DNA from: Bacteroides sp.
GTDB lineage: Bacteria; Bacteroidota; Bacteroidia; Bacteroidales; Bacteroidaceae
DNA length: 64,000 nucleotides
Assembly (NCBI GenBank): GCA_021203405.1
Contig: JAJQBG010000302.1
Span: 7,995 to 71,994 of the forward strand
Reading direction: 5' to 3'
A program made the position numbers and the translations under genes. The notes under the pieces were generated by a model. It worked only from the letters and a program-made list of their open reading frames with translations. It was not told the DNA's origin and did no database searches. Positions 31,860 through 44,387 of the stretch are shown piece after piece (within the stretch, counting starts at the first letter, position 1; every line of letters begins with the position of its first letter).

Positions 31860-32813
31860 ATGATAAACAATCGATGCATGAAAACCACCTGTTACCTATG
31901 GGCTGCTATCCTAAAAGCAGAGAAAACACTTTTCCGGATCACCTTATACACCCTCTTTCTTTTGCTATGGACCAGTTGTACCTCCGACACGGTAAAAGAG
32001 GGATACATTCCTGTAGACGAGGGTACGCTCTATTACCAGGAGGCAGGCACCGGCGAACCTCTTATACTTATCCACGGCCACTCCCTGGATCACCGGATGT
32101 GGGAGCCACAATTCTATGAATTTGCTAAAAAATACCGGACCATCCGGTACGATGTACGGGGATACGGCCGGTCGTCTTCCCAGCATGAAGAGTACCAGTT
32201 TACCCATGCAGCCGACCTGGTACAGTTGATGGATGCATTACAGATAGAGAAAGCTCACCTGGTAGGCCTGTCGATGGGCGGATTTATCGGAGCAGATATG
32301 GTAGCCTGTTATCCCGAACGGGTCAGATCAGCTGTATTGGCGAGCGGGAATATCCGGAAATCTCCCGGTCCCGGCACACCCATGGATGAAGAAGAAGCTG
32401 CCCGGCGGGATAAAGAGATCGCTGAGCTGAAAGCCAAAGGAGTGGATGTAATGAAAGAGGAGTGGTTTGAAGGGCTAATGAAGTCGGGAGGTACGCAGCG
32501 GGAACGGATGCGTGAACCCCTCCGGCAAATGATCCGTGACTGGGATGCGTGGCAACCGCTTCATAAAGAGGCACGGGTGATCATCGGAATGGATGCCTAT
32601 ATAGCTTTGCAGCAGAATAATCCCGAAACACCGGTATTACTGGTAGAGGGAAAGGCTCCGGGCAACCGTTACTCAGAAAATCCCGATATCCTGAATTACC
32701 TGCCCAACGGCAAACTCATTGTACTGGATGATTGCGGCCACATGCTTACGATGGAGCAACCCGAAGCTTTTAACAAAACGGTTTTAAATTTTCTCTCGAC
32801 CCTTACAGAGTGA
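31860..32813 (+). CDS. Alpha/beta hydrolase, probable lipoprotein
   Basis: Lipobox-like LWTSC; LIHGHSLD, DVRGYGRS, VGLSMGG and CGHMLTMEQPE. Start may be downstream of 31860. Confidence 0.85.
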   Translation: MINNRCMKTTCYLWAAILKAEKTLFRITLYTLFLLLWTSCTSDTVKEGYIPVDEGTLYYQEAGTGEPLILIHGHSLDHRMWEPQFYEFAKKYRTIRYDVRGYGRSSSQHEEYQFTHAADLVQLMDALQIEKAHLVGLSMGGFIGADMVACYPERVRSAVLASGNIRKSPGPGTPMDEEEAARRDKEIAELKAKGVDVMKEEWFEGLMKSGGTQRERMREPLRQMIRDWDAWQPLHKEARVIIGMDAYIALQQNNPETPVLLVEGKAPGNRYSENPDILNYLPNGKLIVLDDCGHMLTMEQPEAFNKTVLNFLSTLTE

Positions 32814-32870
32814 GTACCCTGAACCGACTAAAGTAACGACAACACTCATACGAGATACCCAACTGATTAT

Positions 32871-35800
32871 ATGAAAAACCCGCTACTTATCCTTATCCTA
32901 TTACTGAACAGCCTTATAGCATCTGCAGCAGATTCCAGGTTCTATACGATCAGCGATATGTCCGGTATCTCTATCCGGGAGGTTTTTCCGTCTATAAAGA
33001 CAAGAACGATTTTATCTGGGGATCGGGTAAGACAGGCATGCTGAGGATCTCGGAAAATGATTTTCGCAGGTATAATCTTCCCTATAACACAACTGATAAC
33101 TACTTTACCCGCATCGCTTACCATCCCGAGCTGTTGGTGGTTTATACCAACAACGGTCAGTTCTTCACCTACGATGAAGTATATGACTCTTTTGTGCCGC
33201 TGGCAGATATAAGACAGCTGTTGCAAAATGAGTTCTTTAACCTGAACCGGGCCATCATCGACCGGGATCAACGGATCTGGATCGGTTCCATGGATGGTCT
33301 GTTTAAATGGGAGAACGACCGGCTGGATTGGATCCTGAAGGAGACCCATGTACAGCACATAGCCCTGTACGACGATTCTTCTATATTTGTAGCCACCACT
33401 CAGGGGGTGGGACTAATGGATACAGAAAAGAATGAGTTCACTTATATCTGTAGATACCAGGTAAATAATGAGCTGGAAGTTTCGGGTTTCCTGTACGATC
33501 CTGCTACGGAACTACTGTGGGTAGGAACCATTTCAAGCAGGTTGTTGTGCTATAAAAAAAGAAGGCACCACCTATCGGAGAATACCTGTGGCAGAGCTGC
33601 CGGAACAGCCGGTCCTCACTATTAAGAAAAACCGGGGAACCTCCTCTTTGCTGGTGGGTATCGACGGACAGGGATTATGGGAACTTACAGAACACGGAGA
33701 TAGCATACTGAATGTATATAAGGAAGATGTGAACGATCCTTATTCCCTGCCGGGAGATGGTGTATACGATGTATGGATCGATGATACGGAAAGGATCTGG
33801 GTAGCTACCTATACGGGGGGATTAGCTTATATGGATAAAAAACAGGGCTATCTGCAACGGATAAGCCACCAGATCAATCAGTCCAATTCGCTTATCAATA
33901 ATTTTGTGAACAAGGTACTCGAAGATAGTAAAGGAGATATCTGGTTTGCAACCAATGATGGGGTAAGCCGCTGGAACAGGGAGGAGAACCGGTGGAGCCA
34001 CTACCTGTAGCACAAACAGGACCAGGCCAAAGTATTTCTGGCTTTGTGCGAAGACAACCACGGGCGTATATGGGCCGGTACCTACTCATCGGGTGTGTAT
34101 GTACTGGATGGAAAAACCGGAGAGACCCTTCATCATTACTTTAGCAAGGACGAAGAGGACGGTACTTCCGGCAGGTTCATCAGCGATCTTTACAGGGACT
34201 CGCAGGGGAATATATGGATGGGTGGAACCCGCAATATTATCTGTTATTTAGAGAAGGAAAAACAATTCCGCATATACGATCAACACCCCGTTTATGCCAT
34301 CGGTGAATTATCGCCCGAAAAAAATAGTACTGGCCTGTACACATGGATTATTTGTACTGGACAAGGAGAAAGGATACATTGATATGCTGCTCAATAACAT
34401 TCTTGCCAACGATATAGTGCTTACCGGGAACGACATCTGGATCGCCACCTCAGGAGTAGGATTGATACGGTACGACCGGACAAACCGTACTACGAAGAGC
34501 TTTACCACGCAGTCGGGGCTCCCTTCCAACTATGTGAACAGCCTGCTCCAGGAAGGAGACTGTTTATGGCTGGGAACCGAGAACGGGCTATGCCGTTTCT
34601 CCACCGCAGACCGGTCTGTCTATACCTATGCCAATAATTATCCCCTTTCGGGTCTCTCCTTCAATCCCAATTCCTGTGGCCGGCTCAGGGACGGTAACCT
34701 GATCTTCGGTACCAATAAGGGAGCCGTTATGCTCAATCCCGGTATGATCGGACAGAACAGCAGTCAAGCCCGGATATTCTTCCAGGACATTACAGTCTCC
34801 GGCAGTTCCATCCGGGAGAACGATCCGTTGCCTGCTCCTGTACCGGTAAATAAATATACGGAACTGGCTTTAAATTATAAACAGAATAACTTTATACTGG
34901 AACTTATTTCTACGGGAATGTATAATACCGGTGTTAAGTTCTCCTGGAAAATGGAGGGGATCGATCAAGACTGGTCTCCACCCGCCGATCTCCGTTTTAT
35001 CACCTATACCAATCTTCCGGGAGGAAAATTCCGCCTGAACATCCGGATGTACGACAACAGCCTCTCCCGCATCCTGGATGAACGGGTACTGAATATCCAG
35101 GTCGTTCCTCCTTTCTGGGAAACCTGGTGGTTCCACCTGCTTTCGTTGTTACTGGCCCTGGGACTCATTTTTTATGGACTGAGAGCCTATTCCAACCACC
35201 TCAAACAGAAACATGTAAGGGATAAGATCCGTTTTTTACCAATATGGCACACGATATACAGACTTCACTGACCCTGATCAGTGCCCCGATCGAACATTTG
35301 AAGAGTGCAGCAGAACTAACCGATAACTCCCGTTACTATGTAGAGCTGGCTGCCGACCGGTCGGAAAGATTATCGATGGTAGCTACCCAGCTACTCGATT
35401 TTGAAAAGGCAGACAGCGGACGGGGACAACTTTTCCCTGTAATGACGGATATAGTAGCACTTATAGCAGGCAGAAGCCGGATATTTACAACCACCGCCGA
35501 AAAAAAGGAGATAACATTACTTTTCCATTCCAATGCCGACTCCTATATAACGGCTATAGATGAAATAAAGATTGAAAAAGTGGTGGATAACCTGATATCA
35601 AATGCTCTTAAATATTCCCACCCCCGGAGTAAAGTAGAGATCTCTCTTCATTGCGACCCGGAGAAGTGGAGCCTGGAGGTCAAAGATTATGGACTGGGTA
35701 TTTCACAACAGGCGAAAAGCAAACTCTTCAGGGAGTTTTACCGGGGCGACAACAAAGCGAATGCCCGGATAGTAGGATCGGGCATCGGACTGCTACTGGT

Positions 35801-36761
35801 CAAAAAGTATGTGACCCTGCACGGAGGAACCATCAATTTTGAAAACGAAGAGCATGTAGGCTCCTCCTTCAGGTTCACCATTCCCTACCGGAAAACAGAA
35901 GAGGTAACTTATAAGGTAGAGTCCCCCCCTGAAAGAGGTATCGGTCTCTCCGGTACACAGACCGATAACAGCAGATACCTCCCAGGAAGAGTCCCGGGAG
36001 AAGACCAGCCATATATTGATCGTGGAAGATAATACCGATCTACAGGATTTCCTGCTCCATTCTTTGGGAGAACGGTATAAAATAACCAGTGCAGGCGATG
36101 GGAATGAGGCCTGGGAACTGATCAGCAAACAGGCTCCCGACCTGATCCTCTCGGATGTAATGATGCCTGGTATGGATGGTTTCCGGTTGTGCGAAAAGAT
36201 CAAATCAACCTTTGAGACTGCCCATATCCCGGTGATCCTTTTAACTTCTCTCTCCCAGAAAACCAAACAACTGGAAGGACTGGGACTGGGCGCTGATGAT
36301 TATATGACCAAGCCTGTTTGATATATCCCTGCTTATCCGGCGCATGGAGTCGATCTTAAAGAACAGGGAGATAATCCGGGAAAAAGCACTCCGGCTCATA
36401 AATCGTCCGGAGGATAGCCAGCCGGTATACGCCAACCAGTTGAACGACCGGTTTGTAAAAAAAGCCCTGGAAGTGGTTTATGAGAACCTCTCCAATTGTG
36501 AGTTCGGAAAAGAGCAGTTTGCTTCGTGCATGCATGTAAGCCCCTCCCTGTTGTATCAAAAATTAAAATCTCTTACGGGTCAATCCCCTACAGATTTTAT
36601 CCGTGCCATTCGTTTTAACCATGCCATGGAGTTATTGCAGGCACACTCCTGCACCATCACCGAGATCAGTGAACGGTGCGGGTTCTCCAACGTCAACTAT
36701 TTTAGTACTGCTTTCAAAAAAACGTTTTGGAAAGACACCGGCCGAAATACGGAACAGCTAA
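32871..36761 (+). pseudogene. Hybrid two-component system, apparently disrupted (about 7 frameshifts and one in-frame TAG)
   Basis: Collinear fragments: signal MKNPLLIL at 32871, propeller repeats, ITYTNLPGGKF, PPFWETWWF, MAHDIQTSL, NLISNALKYS, GSGIGL, SDVMMP and GFSNVNYFS. Breaks near 32985, 33555, 34008 (TAG), 34320, 35232, 35980, 36317 and 36720. Confidence 0.85.
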
Positions 36762-36855
36762 ACTCTTTTTTACCGGCAGCGGGTTATCCCTGAAATTTCA
36801 CTAAACCCGTATAGAACCGGATCTATAGCAGAAAAGGAGCTCAGTCAGGGCACTT

Positions 36856-36922
36856 TTGTCCAAAACAAAATGTTTATTGTCTAAAATCTAACTCCTCCCT
36901 ATCATCCTGTTGCCTATTTTTG
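36856..36922 (+). promoter_or_regulatory. Candidate HTCS operator plus -7 promoter of the GH97 operon
   Basis: TTGTCCAAAA (36856) and TTGTCTAAAA (36877) with 21-bp period, then TATTTTTG at 36915-36922. Confidence 0.6.
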
Positions 36923-36989
36923 CATACGTATTGATCCGGTTACTTGTTTTGTAGCCGACAACTATAAACTTTAAATAAAACAGAATTCC

Positions 36990-38945
36990 ATGAGCATGAA
37001 ACTATCTTTTTTAGCTTCTATTTTATTTCTTCATCTATTCATACCTGCGGTAGCCTGTGCGCAGGAAACCACCGTTTCGGGTCCGGACGGACAACTGAGT
37101 GTAAAAGTCTTTCTGAAGAACGGGGAGCCTCACTACTCCGTGACCTACCAGGATAAAGTGATGCTGGAAGATTCTCCGCTCGGGCTCGTGACCAACGAAG
37201 GGGATTTCAGCAGGAACCTCACCTATACCGGAGAGCAGAGAGAACACATTGATAAAACCTACTCCCAGGAGAAGATAAAGAGATCGCAGGTACACTATAC
37301 CGCCCATCAACTTACCTGTAGCTTTGAAGACAGCCGGCAAAGAGAGATCCGGATCGTTTTCCAGGTAAGTAACAACGATATTGCTTTCCGGTATGAACTT
37401 CCCACCTGGGGAGAGAGGAGAGCCTGTGTGGTGCAACAGGAGGCTACAGGTTTTAAATTCCCTGAGAACACCACCACTTTTTTATCCAACATGATGGCTC
37501 CGATGGGTGCTTTTGCCTGTACCTCTCCCAGTTATGAAAGCGGCTATACCAACGACGAACCGGTAGGAAAACCCACCTACCAGAAGCAGGGATATGTGTT
37601 CCCGGGTCTCTTCCGTGTGGGAGACCAGGGTTGGGTACTTGTTTCTGAGACCGGAGTAAATAGCCTCTATTGTGCCTCGCACCTGAGTGACGGCACAAAA
37701 GATGGATTGTATACAATAGCCTTCCCGGATGAACGCCAGAATAACGGGTTTGGCAGCACAGGGGCTCAGCTGGGCCTGCCGGGAGTCACCCCCTGGCGTA
37801 CCATCACCGTTGGGAAAGACCTCAGCCCGATCGTAGAAACAACCATACCCTTTGATGTGGTAGATCCCCTGTATGAAGCCTCACAGGAGTATCAGTATGG
37901 ACGCGGTACCTGGAGCTGGATCGTATGGCAGGATGCCAGCATGAACTGGGACGACCAGGTAACCTATATTGATCTGGCCGCCGAACTGGGATACGAATAT
38001 ATCCTGATGGATGCCCTGTGGGATACGAATATCGGTTACGAAAGAATGGAAGAACTCATCCGGTATGCTAACACTAAAAATGTAGACGTATTCCTCTGGT
38101 ATAACTCCAACGGCTCCTATAACGATGCTCCCCAGGGACCCAGAAACCGGATGAGCACCTCTATTGCCCGGAAAGAAGAGATGAAATGGCTGAAAAAAGC
38201 CGGAGTCAAAGGATTAAAAGTCGACTTTTTCGGAGGAGATAAACAAGAGACCATGCGAGTATATGAAGACATTCTTTCGGATGCCAACGATTACGGACTC
38301 ATGATCATTTTCCACGGTTGTACCCTGCCCTGAGGCTGGGAAAGAATGTACCCCAATTATGTAGGGAGCGAGGCGGTACTGGCCTCCGAAATGCTGATCT
38401 TTTCGGAAGATGTACGTAAGAACGAAGCTTTTTATGCCACCCTGCACCCTTTTATCCGCAATACGGTAGGGAGTATGGAGTTTGGAGGCGTATTACTGAA
38501 CAAATACCTGAACAAGGGTAACAAACAGGGATAGGAGCGATTAACCACCGACGCTTTCCAGCTCGCTACCGGCATTTTGTATCAGAACCCGGTACAGATG
38601 CTTGCCCTTACCCCGAATAATCTGACGGATACCCCGGACTTTATTATCAACTTTATGAAAGAAATCCCTATTACCTGGGACGAAACACTCTACATAGACG
38701 GGTATCCGGGGAAATATGCCGTTATTGCACGCCGCCGGGGAGACACCTGGTATGTAGCAGGGGTCAATGCCCTGAAGGAGCCGGTCAAGCTGGAATTATC
38801 CTTACCGATGTATGCAGGAACCCATATTAAAGCATACAACGACAACTCCCGGAGAGAGACCGGTTTACAGGAGATACAGGTCAAACAAAAAGGTCTCGTA
38901 AAAATAACCATTCAACCCGGAGGAGGTTTTGTGTTGACCAACTAA
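36990..38945 (+). pseudogene. GH97 (retaining-type alpha-galactosidase / beta-L-arabinopyranosidase-like) with two in-frame stops
   Basis: TPWRTI, YIDLAAELGYEYILMDALWD, GLKVDFF, FHGCTLP*GWERMYPN (TGA 38331-38333), NKQG*ERLTT (TAG 38532-38534) and TWDET..GYPGKY; all in one frame. Confidence 0.88.
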
Positions 38946-38966
38946 TCAACTTATAAATAAACAGCT

Positions 38967-40300
38967 ATGAAAACTTATTGGAACTTCTTTACACGACTGA
39001 TGTTGCTCCTGTTCCTGTGTCCGACCGCAGGAATGGCACAAAGACCCATTATCCAGACCAGCTATACGGCCGATCCCGCACCGATGGTATATAACGACAC
39101 TATATTTCTCTATACCGCCCACGACGAAGACGATGCCCAGGGATTTAAAATGTTCGACTGGCTGCTCTATACATCTACCGACATGGTAAACTGGACCGAC
39201 CACGGCGCAGTAGCCTCCCTGAAGAGTTTTAAGTGGGTAACACGCAACAACGGTGCCTGGGCCCAGCAATGTATTGAGCGGAACGGCAAATTCTACATGT
39301 GCTACCCCATACACGGACAGGGGATCGGAGTACTGGTTGCCGACTCCCCTTACGGCCCGTTCAGGGACCCCATTGATGAACCACTGGTGTGGCAGAAAGA
39401 GCACTGGGATGATATCGATCCCTCTGTTTTCATTGACGATGACGGGCAGGCCTATATGTATTGGGGAAATCCGAATGTTTACTACGTTAAACTCAACGAA
39501 GATATGATCTCCTACTCCGGCGATATAGTCAAGCTGGAGCAGCGACCCGAGCATTACCAGGAAGGTCCCTGGGTCTACAAACGCAACGGACACTACTACA
39601 TGGCCTTTGCTTCGACCTGCTGCCCGGAAGGAATAGGTTATGCCATGAGCGACCAGCCAACCGGCCCCTGGACAACCAGGGGATATATTATGAGACCTAC
39701 CCAGCGTACCCGGGAAACCATCCCGGCATTATTGACTATAAAGGCAGTTCGTACGTTTTCGGGCTCAACTATGACCTGATGCATTTAGAGACTTTCAAAC
39801 ACCACGAACGACGCTCTACTTCCGTAGCCAAAATGCACTACAACCCGGACGGCACTATTCAGGAAGTACCCTACTGGGCAGAGAACGTACTCGAGCAGAT
39901 CGAGCCGCTGAATCCATACCGGAGAGTAGAGGCAGAGACCATGGCCTGGGGATATGGACTTAAAACAGAAAGAATGCCCGACGGCAGGATGTGTGTGACC
40001 CACATTGACGACAACGAATCTTTGTGCGTACAGGGAGTCGATTTTGGCGAAGGAGCCCGGGAATTCTCTGTGACAGCTGCCTGTAATGTAGAGGGTGGGT
40101 ACATAGAGCTCCGGCTGGACAGTACCACCGGACCGCTTATCGGCAAAGTAGAGATAACCCGTACAGGAGCCATGGACAAGTTTAAAACCATCTCCTGCCC
40201 CATCGAAGGAGCCCGTGGAGTACACGACCTCTACTTCTGTTTCAAAAGTACGGCTCAGAAAAACAACCTCTTCTTTCTGGATTACTGGGAATTTAAATAA
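38967..40300 (+). CDS. GH43 plus C-terminal CBM6, frameshift near 39714
   Basis: [21 protein letters not shown] and EGPW; restoring one G gives TRGNHPGIIDYKG; CBM6-like EAETMAW...VDFG...GVHDLYF...DYWEF. Confidence 0.88.
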
Positions 40301-40316
40301 ACCCATCAAACTATGT

Positions 40317-40456
40317 TTGTAGAGACGCATACTTGCGTCTCCATATCTGCGTCTCCATATCTGCGTCCCGATATAAAATATACGGACGAGATGCAAATGA
40401 GACGCGGATGAGACGCGGATGAGACGCGGATGAGACGCAAGTATGCGTCTCTACAA
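40317..40456. repeat. GTAG-type REP doublet (REPIN/MITE-like) with internal tandem repeats
   Basis: Perfect 25-bp terminal inverted repeats TTGTAGAGACGCATACTTGCGTCTC (40317-40341) and its reverse complement (40432-40456). Internal TGCGTCTCCATATC about x3 and GAGACGCGGAT x3. Confidence 0.85.
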
Positions 40457-40489
40457 CTACAAATAATTTAGATCTTTAAATACAACCGT

Positions 40490-42946
40490 ATGAAACATGC
40501 TCTGGTAACACTTATTTTCACCTGTACGATCGGATCCATCTATGCACAGGAATATCATAAAACCGCCCACGGTATAACAACCCGGATACAGGATACAGAT
40601 ATAAACATAGCCTTCCTGAACCCTTCCACCGTTCGGGTGGTAAAAGCTCCGGCGGGACACACCTATACCAAAGAGAGCCTGTCAGTTATTGCCCAACCCC
40701 AGACCGTGAACTTTACAGTAACGGAAAAAGGCGACCGTATCCACCTGAAAAGCCGTGAGATAGAAGTAGAAGTAAATAAAACAACCGGTGCCCTTGTCTT
40801 CCTTACTGCCGGTGGAGAACCTCTGTTGAAAGAAAAAGATTCAGGCCCCCGGTTTACGGAGTTCAATGACGCCGGATCGAAAACCTTTAGCCCCTATCAG
40901 CCCTTTGTTTTGGATGCCGGCGAAGCGATCTACGGATTGGGACAATTACAAAACGGTAAAATGGTGCAACGTAACCAGACCAAACGTTTACTACAGGGAA
41001 ATGTGGAGAACGTGGTTCCCTTTTTCCAGTCGGTAAAAGGGTATGGCCTCTTCTGGGACAACTACTCTCCCACTACTTTCAAAGATGATCCGCAGGAGAC
41101 CTCCTTCCAGTCGGAAGTGGGCGACTGTATCGACTATTACTTCATGTATGGTAAGAACGCGGACGGTGTAATAGCACAGATGCGTAGTCTTACAGGGGAT
41201 GCTCCTATGTTCCCGCTGTGGACCTACGGATTCTGGCAGAGCAAAGAGCGTTATAAAAGCCAGGAAGAGACGATAGGAGTCGTTAAAAAATACCGGGAAC
41301 TAGGCGTACCCCTGGATGGTATTATCCAGGACTGGCAGTACTGGGGACACAACTATTTATGGAACGCTATGGACTTTCAGAACCCGCTGTTCGGCAATCC
41401 GCAGAAAATGGTAGACGATATACACGCTATGAATGCCCACCTGATCATCTCCATCTGGTCTTCTTTCGGTCCGGCCACCAAACCCTACCGGGAACTGGAT
41501 AAGAACGGGATGCTCTTTAACTTCACTACCTGGCCGCAATCAGGACTTGAAACCTGGCCTCCCAATATGGAATACCCTTCGGGAGTACGCGTATACGATG
41601 CCTACCATCCCAAAGCCCGTGATATCTACTGGAAGTATCTGAGCGAAGGGCTCTTTACCTATGGAATAGACGGATGGTGGATGGATTTGACCGAACCCGA
41701 CCATTCAGACTGGAAACCGGAGGATTTTGATACGCCTACCTACCTGGGCTCCTTCCGGAAAGTGCGCAATGCCTATCCGCTACTCACAGTAGGAGGTGTA
41801 TACGACCACCAGCGGGCCACCACCTCCGACAAACGGGTATTTATCCTCACCCGATCCGGATTTGCCGGACAGCAACGCTACGGAGCCAACGTATGGTCGG
41901 GCGATGTAGGCTCCTCCTGGGAGTCGTTCCGGAACCAGATCCCGGCCGGGCTAAACTTCTCCCTGTGTGGCATTCCCCATTGGAACAGCGACATCGGAGG
42001 GTTCTTTGCAGGAGCTTACAACAAGAGCTGGAACGACGGGACCGCTTCGAAAAATCCGCTCTATCAGGAACTATACGTACGCTGGCTACAATTCGGAGCT
42101 TTCAATCCGATGATGCGCTCGCACGGTACCGACCTTTCCCGGGAGATCTACCAGTTCGGAGAGAAAGGAGAGCCGGTGTATGATGCCATAGAGAAGACCA
42201 TCCGCCTTCGTTACTCCCTCTTACCCTATATCTACTCTACCTCCTGGGAGGTTACCAACCACCGGTCGAGCTTTATGCGGGCTCTGGTGATGGATTTCCC
42301 CGGAGATAAGAATGCGTTGGATATAAACAACGAGTTTATGTTCGGTAAAGCCATCCTGGTAGCACCGGTGATCCAGGCCCAGTACACCCCCGAAAAAATA
42401 GTGGAAGTAAACGAAGAGGATGGATGGAACAGAGTAGGGAGTGACGATAAGAGCGGAAGTTCAACCGTAGACTTTACCCAAACAAGCTCCATGCAGGTTT
42501 ACCTGCCGGCCGGTACTACCTGGTATGATTTCTGGGACCATACCCGGTATGAAGGAGGGCAACACATTACTCAGGAGACCACGATTGACAAGATCCCGCT
42601 CTATGTCAGGGCAGGCAGCATCCTTCCTATAGGGCCAGACGTACAATATGCCACCCAGAAAAGCTGGGATCACCTTGAGATCAACGTATATCCGGGAGCA
42701 GACGGCACCTTTACGCTGTACGAAGATGAATTTGATAACTACAATTACGAACAGGGAGCCTATACGGAGATCCCCCTGAGCTGGAACAACTCCTCACAGA
42801 CCCTGAATATCGGAAAGCGTACAGGGAGTTACCCGGGTATGTTGCAACAACGTACCTTCACTATCCGGTTGATCGGACCGGAACACAGCGGACCGGTAAA
42901 GGAGGTAACCTATACCGGAAAGCCGGTTTCCATTCAATTAAAATGA
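40490..42946 (+). CDS. GH31 glycosidase (alpha-xylosidase-like)
   Basis: [35 protein letters not shown] (nucleophile), WSGD (acid/base), RSHG and LYEDE. Confidence 0.9.
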   Translation: MKHALVTLIFTCTIGSIYAQEYHKTAHGITTRIQDTDINIAFLNPSTVRVVKAPAGHTYTKESLSVIAQPQTVNFTVTEKGDRIHLKSREIEVEVNKTTGALVFLTAGGEPLLKEKDSGPRFTEFNDAGSKTFSPYQPFVLDAGEAIYGLGQLQNGKMVQRNQTKRLLQGNVENVVPFFQSVKGYGLFWDNYSPTTFKDDPQETSFQSEVGDCIDYYFMYGKNADGVIAQMRSLTGDAPMFPLWTYGFWQSKERYKSQEETIGVVKKYRELGVPLDGIIQDWQYWGHNYLWNAMDFQNPLFGNPQKMVDDIHAMNAHLIISIWSSFGPATKPYRELDKNGMLFNFTTWPQSGLETWPPNMEYPSGVRVYDAYHPKARDIYWKYLSEGLFTYGIDGWWMDLTEPDHSDWKPEDFDTPTYLGSFRKVRNAYPLLTVGGVYDHQRATTSDKRVFILTRSGFAGQQRYGANVWSGDVGSSWESFRNQIPAGLNFSLCGIPHWNSDIGGFFAGAYNKSWNDGTASKNPLYQELYVRWLQFGAFNPMMRSHGTDLSREIYQFGEKGEPVYDAIEKTIRLRYSLLPYIYSTSWEVTNHRSSFMRALVMDFPGDKNALDINNEFMFGKAILVAPVIQAQYTPEKIVEVNEEDGWNRVGSDDKSGSSTVDFTQTSSMQVYLPAGTTWYDFWDHTRYEGGQHITQETTIDKIPLYVRAGSILPIGPDVQYATQKSWDHLEINVYPGADGTFTLYEDEFDNYNYEQGAYTEIPLSWNNSSQTLNIGKRTGSYPGMLQQRTFTIRLIGPEHSGPVKEVTYTGKPVSIQLK

Positions 42947-42974
42947 TTTTATAAAAACGCATAAAACCCACTTC

Positions 42975-44329
42975 ATGAGAAAATTGATACTCATTGCCTT
43001 ATTGGCAGCCACACAGGCAGGCAAAAGCCAGAATCCCATTATACAAACCATGTATACGGCCGATCCTGCACCGATGGTATACAACGATAAAGTATACCTA
43101 TACACCACACACGACGAAGATAACTCTACCTGGTTCACCATGAACGACCGGCGGTTATATACCACCAGTGATATGGTGAACTGGACGGATCACGGAAGCG
43201 TACTCGCCTATACAGACTTTACCTGGGCCAAAGGAGATGCCTGGGCCGCCCAGTGCATAGAAAGAAATGGAAAATTTTATATGTACGTCCCTATGATCTC
43301 GGCCCTTAACAACCGGGGCGCCATCGGAGTAGCCGTAGCAGACAGCCCGTACGGTCCCTTTTACGATGCTTTGGGCAAGCCCCTGGCACAAACCGACTGG
43401 GGCGATATAGATCCCACTGTATTTATCGACGACGACGGACAAGCCTACCCCTATTGGGGAAACCCCAACCTCTACTACGTAAAGCTGAACGAAGATATGA
43501 TCTCGTATCAAGGAGAGATCGTCAAAATTCCTCTTACCGAAGAATCCTTTGGCAAACGGGAAGGAGACCCACAACGGGAAACGTTATACGAAGAGGGTCC
43601 CTGGCTGTATAAAAGGAATAACCTCTACTACCTCTTCTGGCCGGGAGGCCCCCTGCCGGAGCATATCGGTTACTCCACCAGCGACAGCCCTACCGGGCCG
43701 TGGAAGTACCGCGGTACAGTCATGTCTGCCGAGGGAGGAGTCTTTACCAACCATCCGGGCGTGATCGATTTCCGGGGCAAAACTTACTTCTTCTACCACA
43801 ACGGAGGATTGCCCCCGGGGGGGGTGGCTTTACCCGTTCGGTTTGCGTAGATGAACTCACTTTTAATCCGGACGGATCGGTCCGTGAATTGAAAATGAAT
43901 AAAAAAGGCATTCAAAAAGGAGTAGCTACCCTGAATCCATACCTAAAGAACGAGGCAGAGACCATGGCCTGGTCGGAAGGTGTAAAGGCTGACTACAACA
44001 AACAGGTAGGTGTATTTATCACTGCCAAACAGGATGGCAGTTATACCAAAGTAAAAGAGGTGGATTTCCGCGACCACGGTCCCTCCCGCTTCTTTGCCAG
44101 GGTAGGAACAACCCATAACGGGAACATAACCCTGGAAGTGCGCCTTGACTCTCCGCAGGGAAAGCTATTAGGCACCGTAAAAGTACCCCGTACCGGAGGC
44201 AGTGACCGCTGGGAGATAGTATCCATCGATGTGGAAAAAGTACAGGGTGTACACGATCTTTGCTTTGTATTCAAAGGTAGGAGTAACACAGACCTACTCT
44301 ATTTTGACTACTGGCGGTTTGCCCAATGA
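42975..44329 (+). CDS. GH43 plus CBM6 (paralogue of 38967-40300), frameshift in a C5G8 tract
   Basis: [27 protein letters not shown] and TNHPG; break at 43812-43824 ([12 protein letters not shown]); EAETMAW...GVHDL...DYWRF. Confidence 0.88.
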
Positions 44330-44387
44330 TCTTTATTATCTTCTATAAAAAAGATACCACTACAGTAATTTATTAAGACTATTACAG

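Noticed and set aside
18823-38534. Stop-codon reassignment (TAG to Gln or Pyl, TGA to Sec or Trp) suggested by in-frame stops
   Set aside because: TAG ends several complete genes here (13861, 15319, 21212, 52976). The TGA replaces a conserved Arg, and the same regions carry many other lesions.
40334-40442. CRISPR array
   Set aside because: Units are 11-14 bp, directly adjacent with no unique spacers, and there are no cas genes. The structure is a REP-like inverted doublet.
38967-43600. Diversity-generating or recombination cassette from similar sequences in the two GH43 genes (and the three DUF2264 copies)
   Set aside because: The similarity is ordinary paralogy at protein motifs; there is no reverse transcriptase or recombinase and no adenine-specific pattern.
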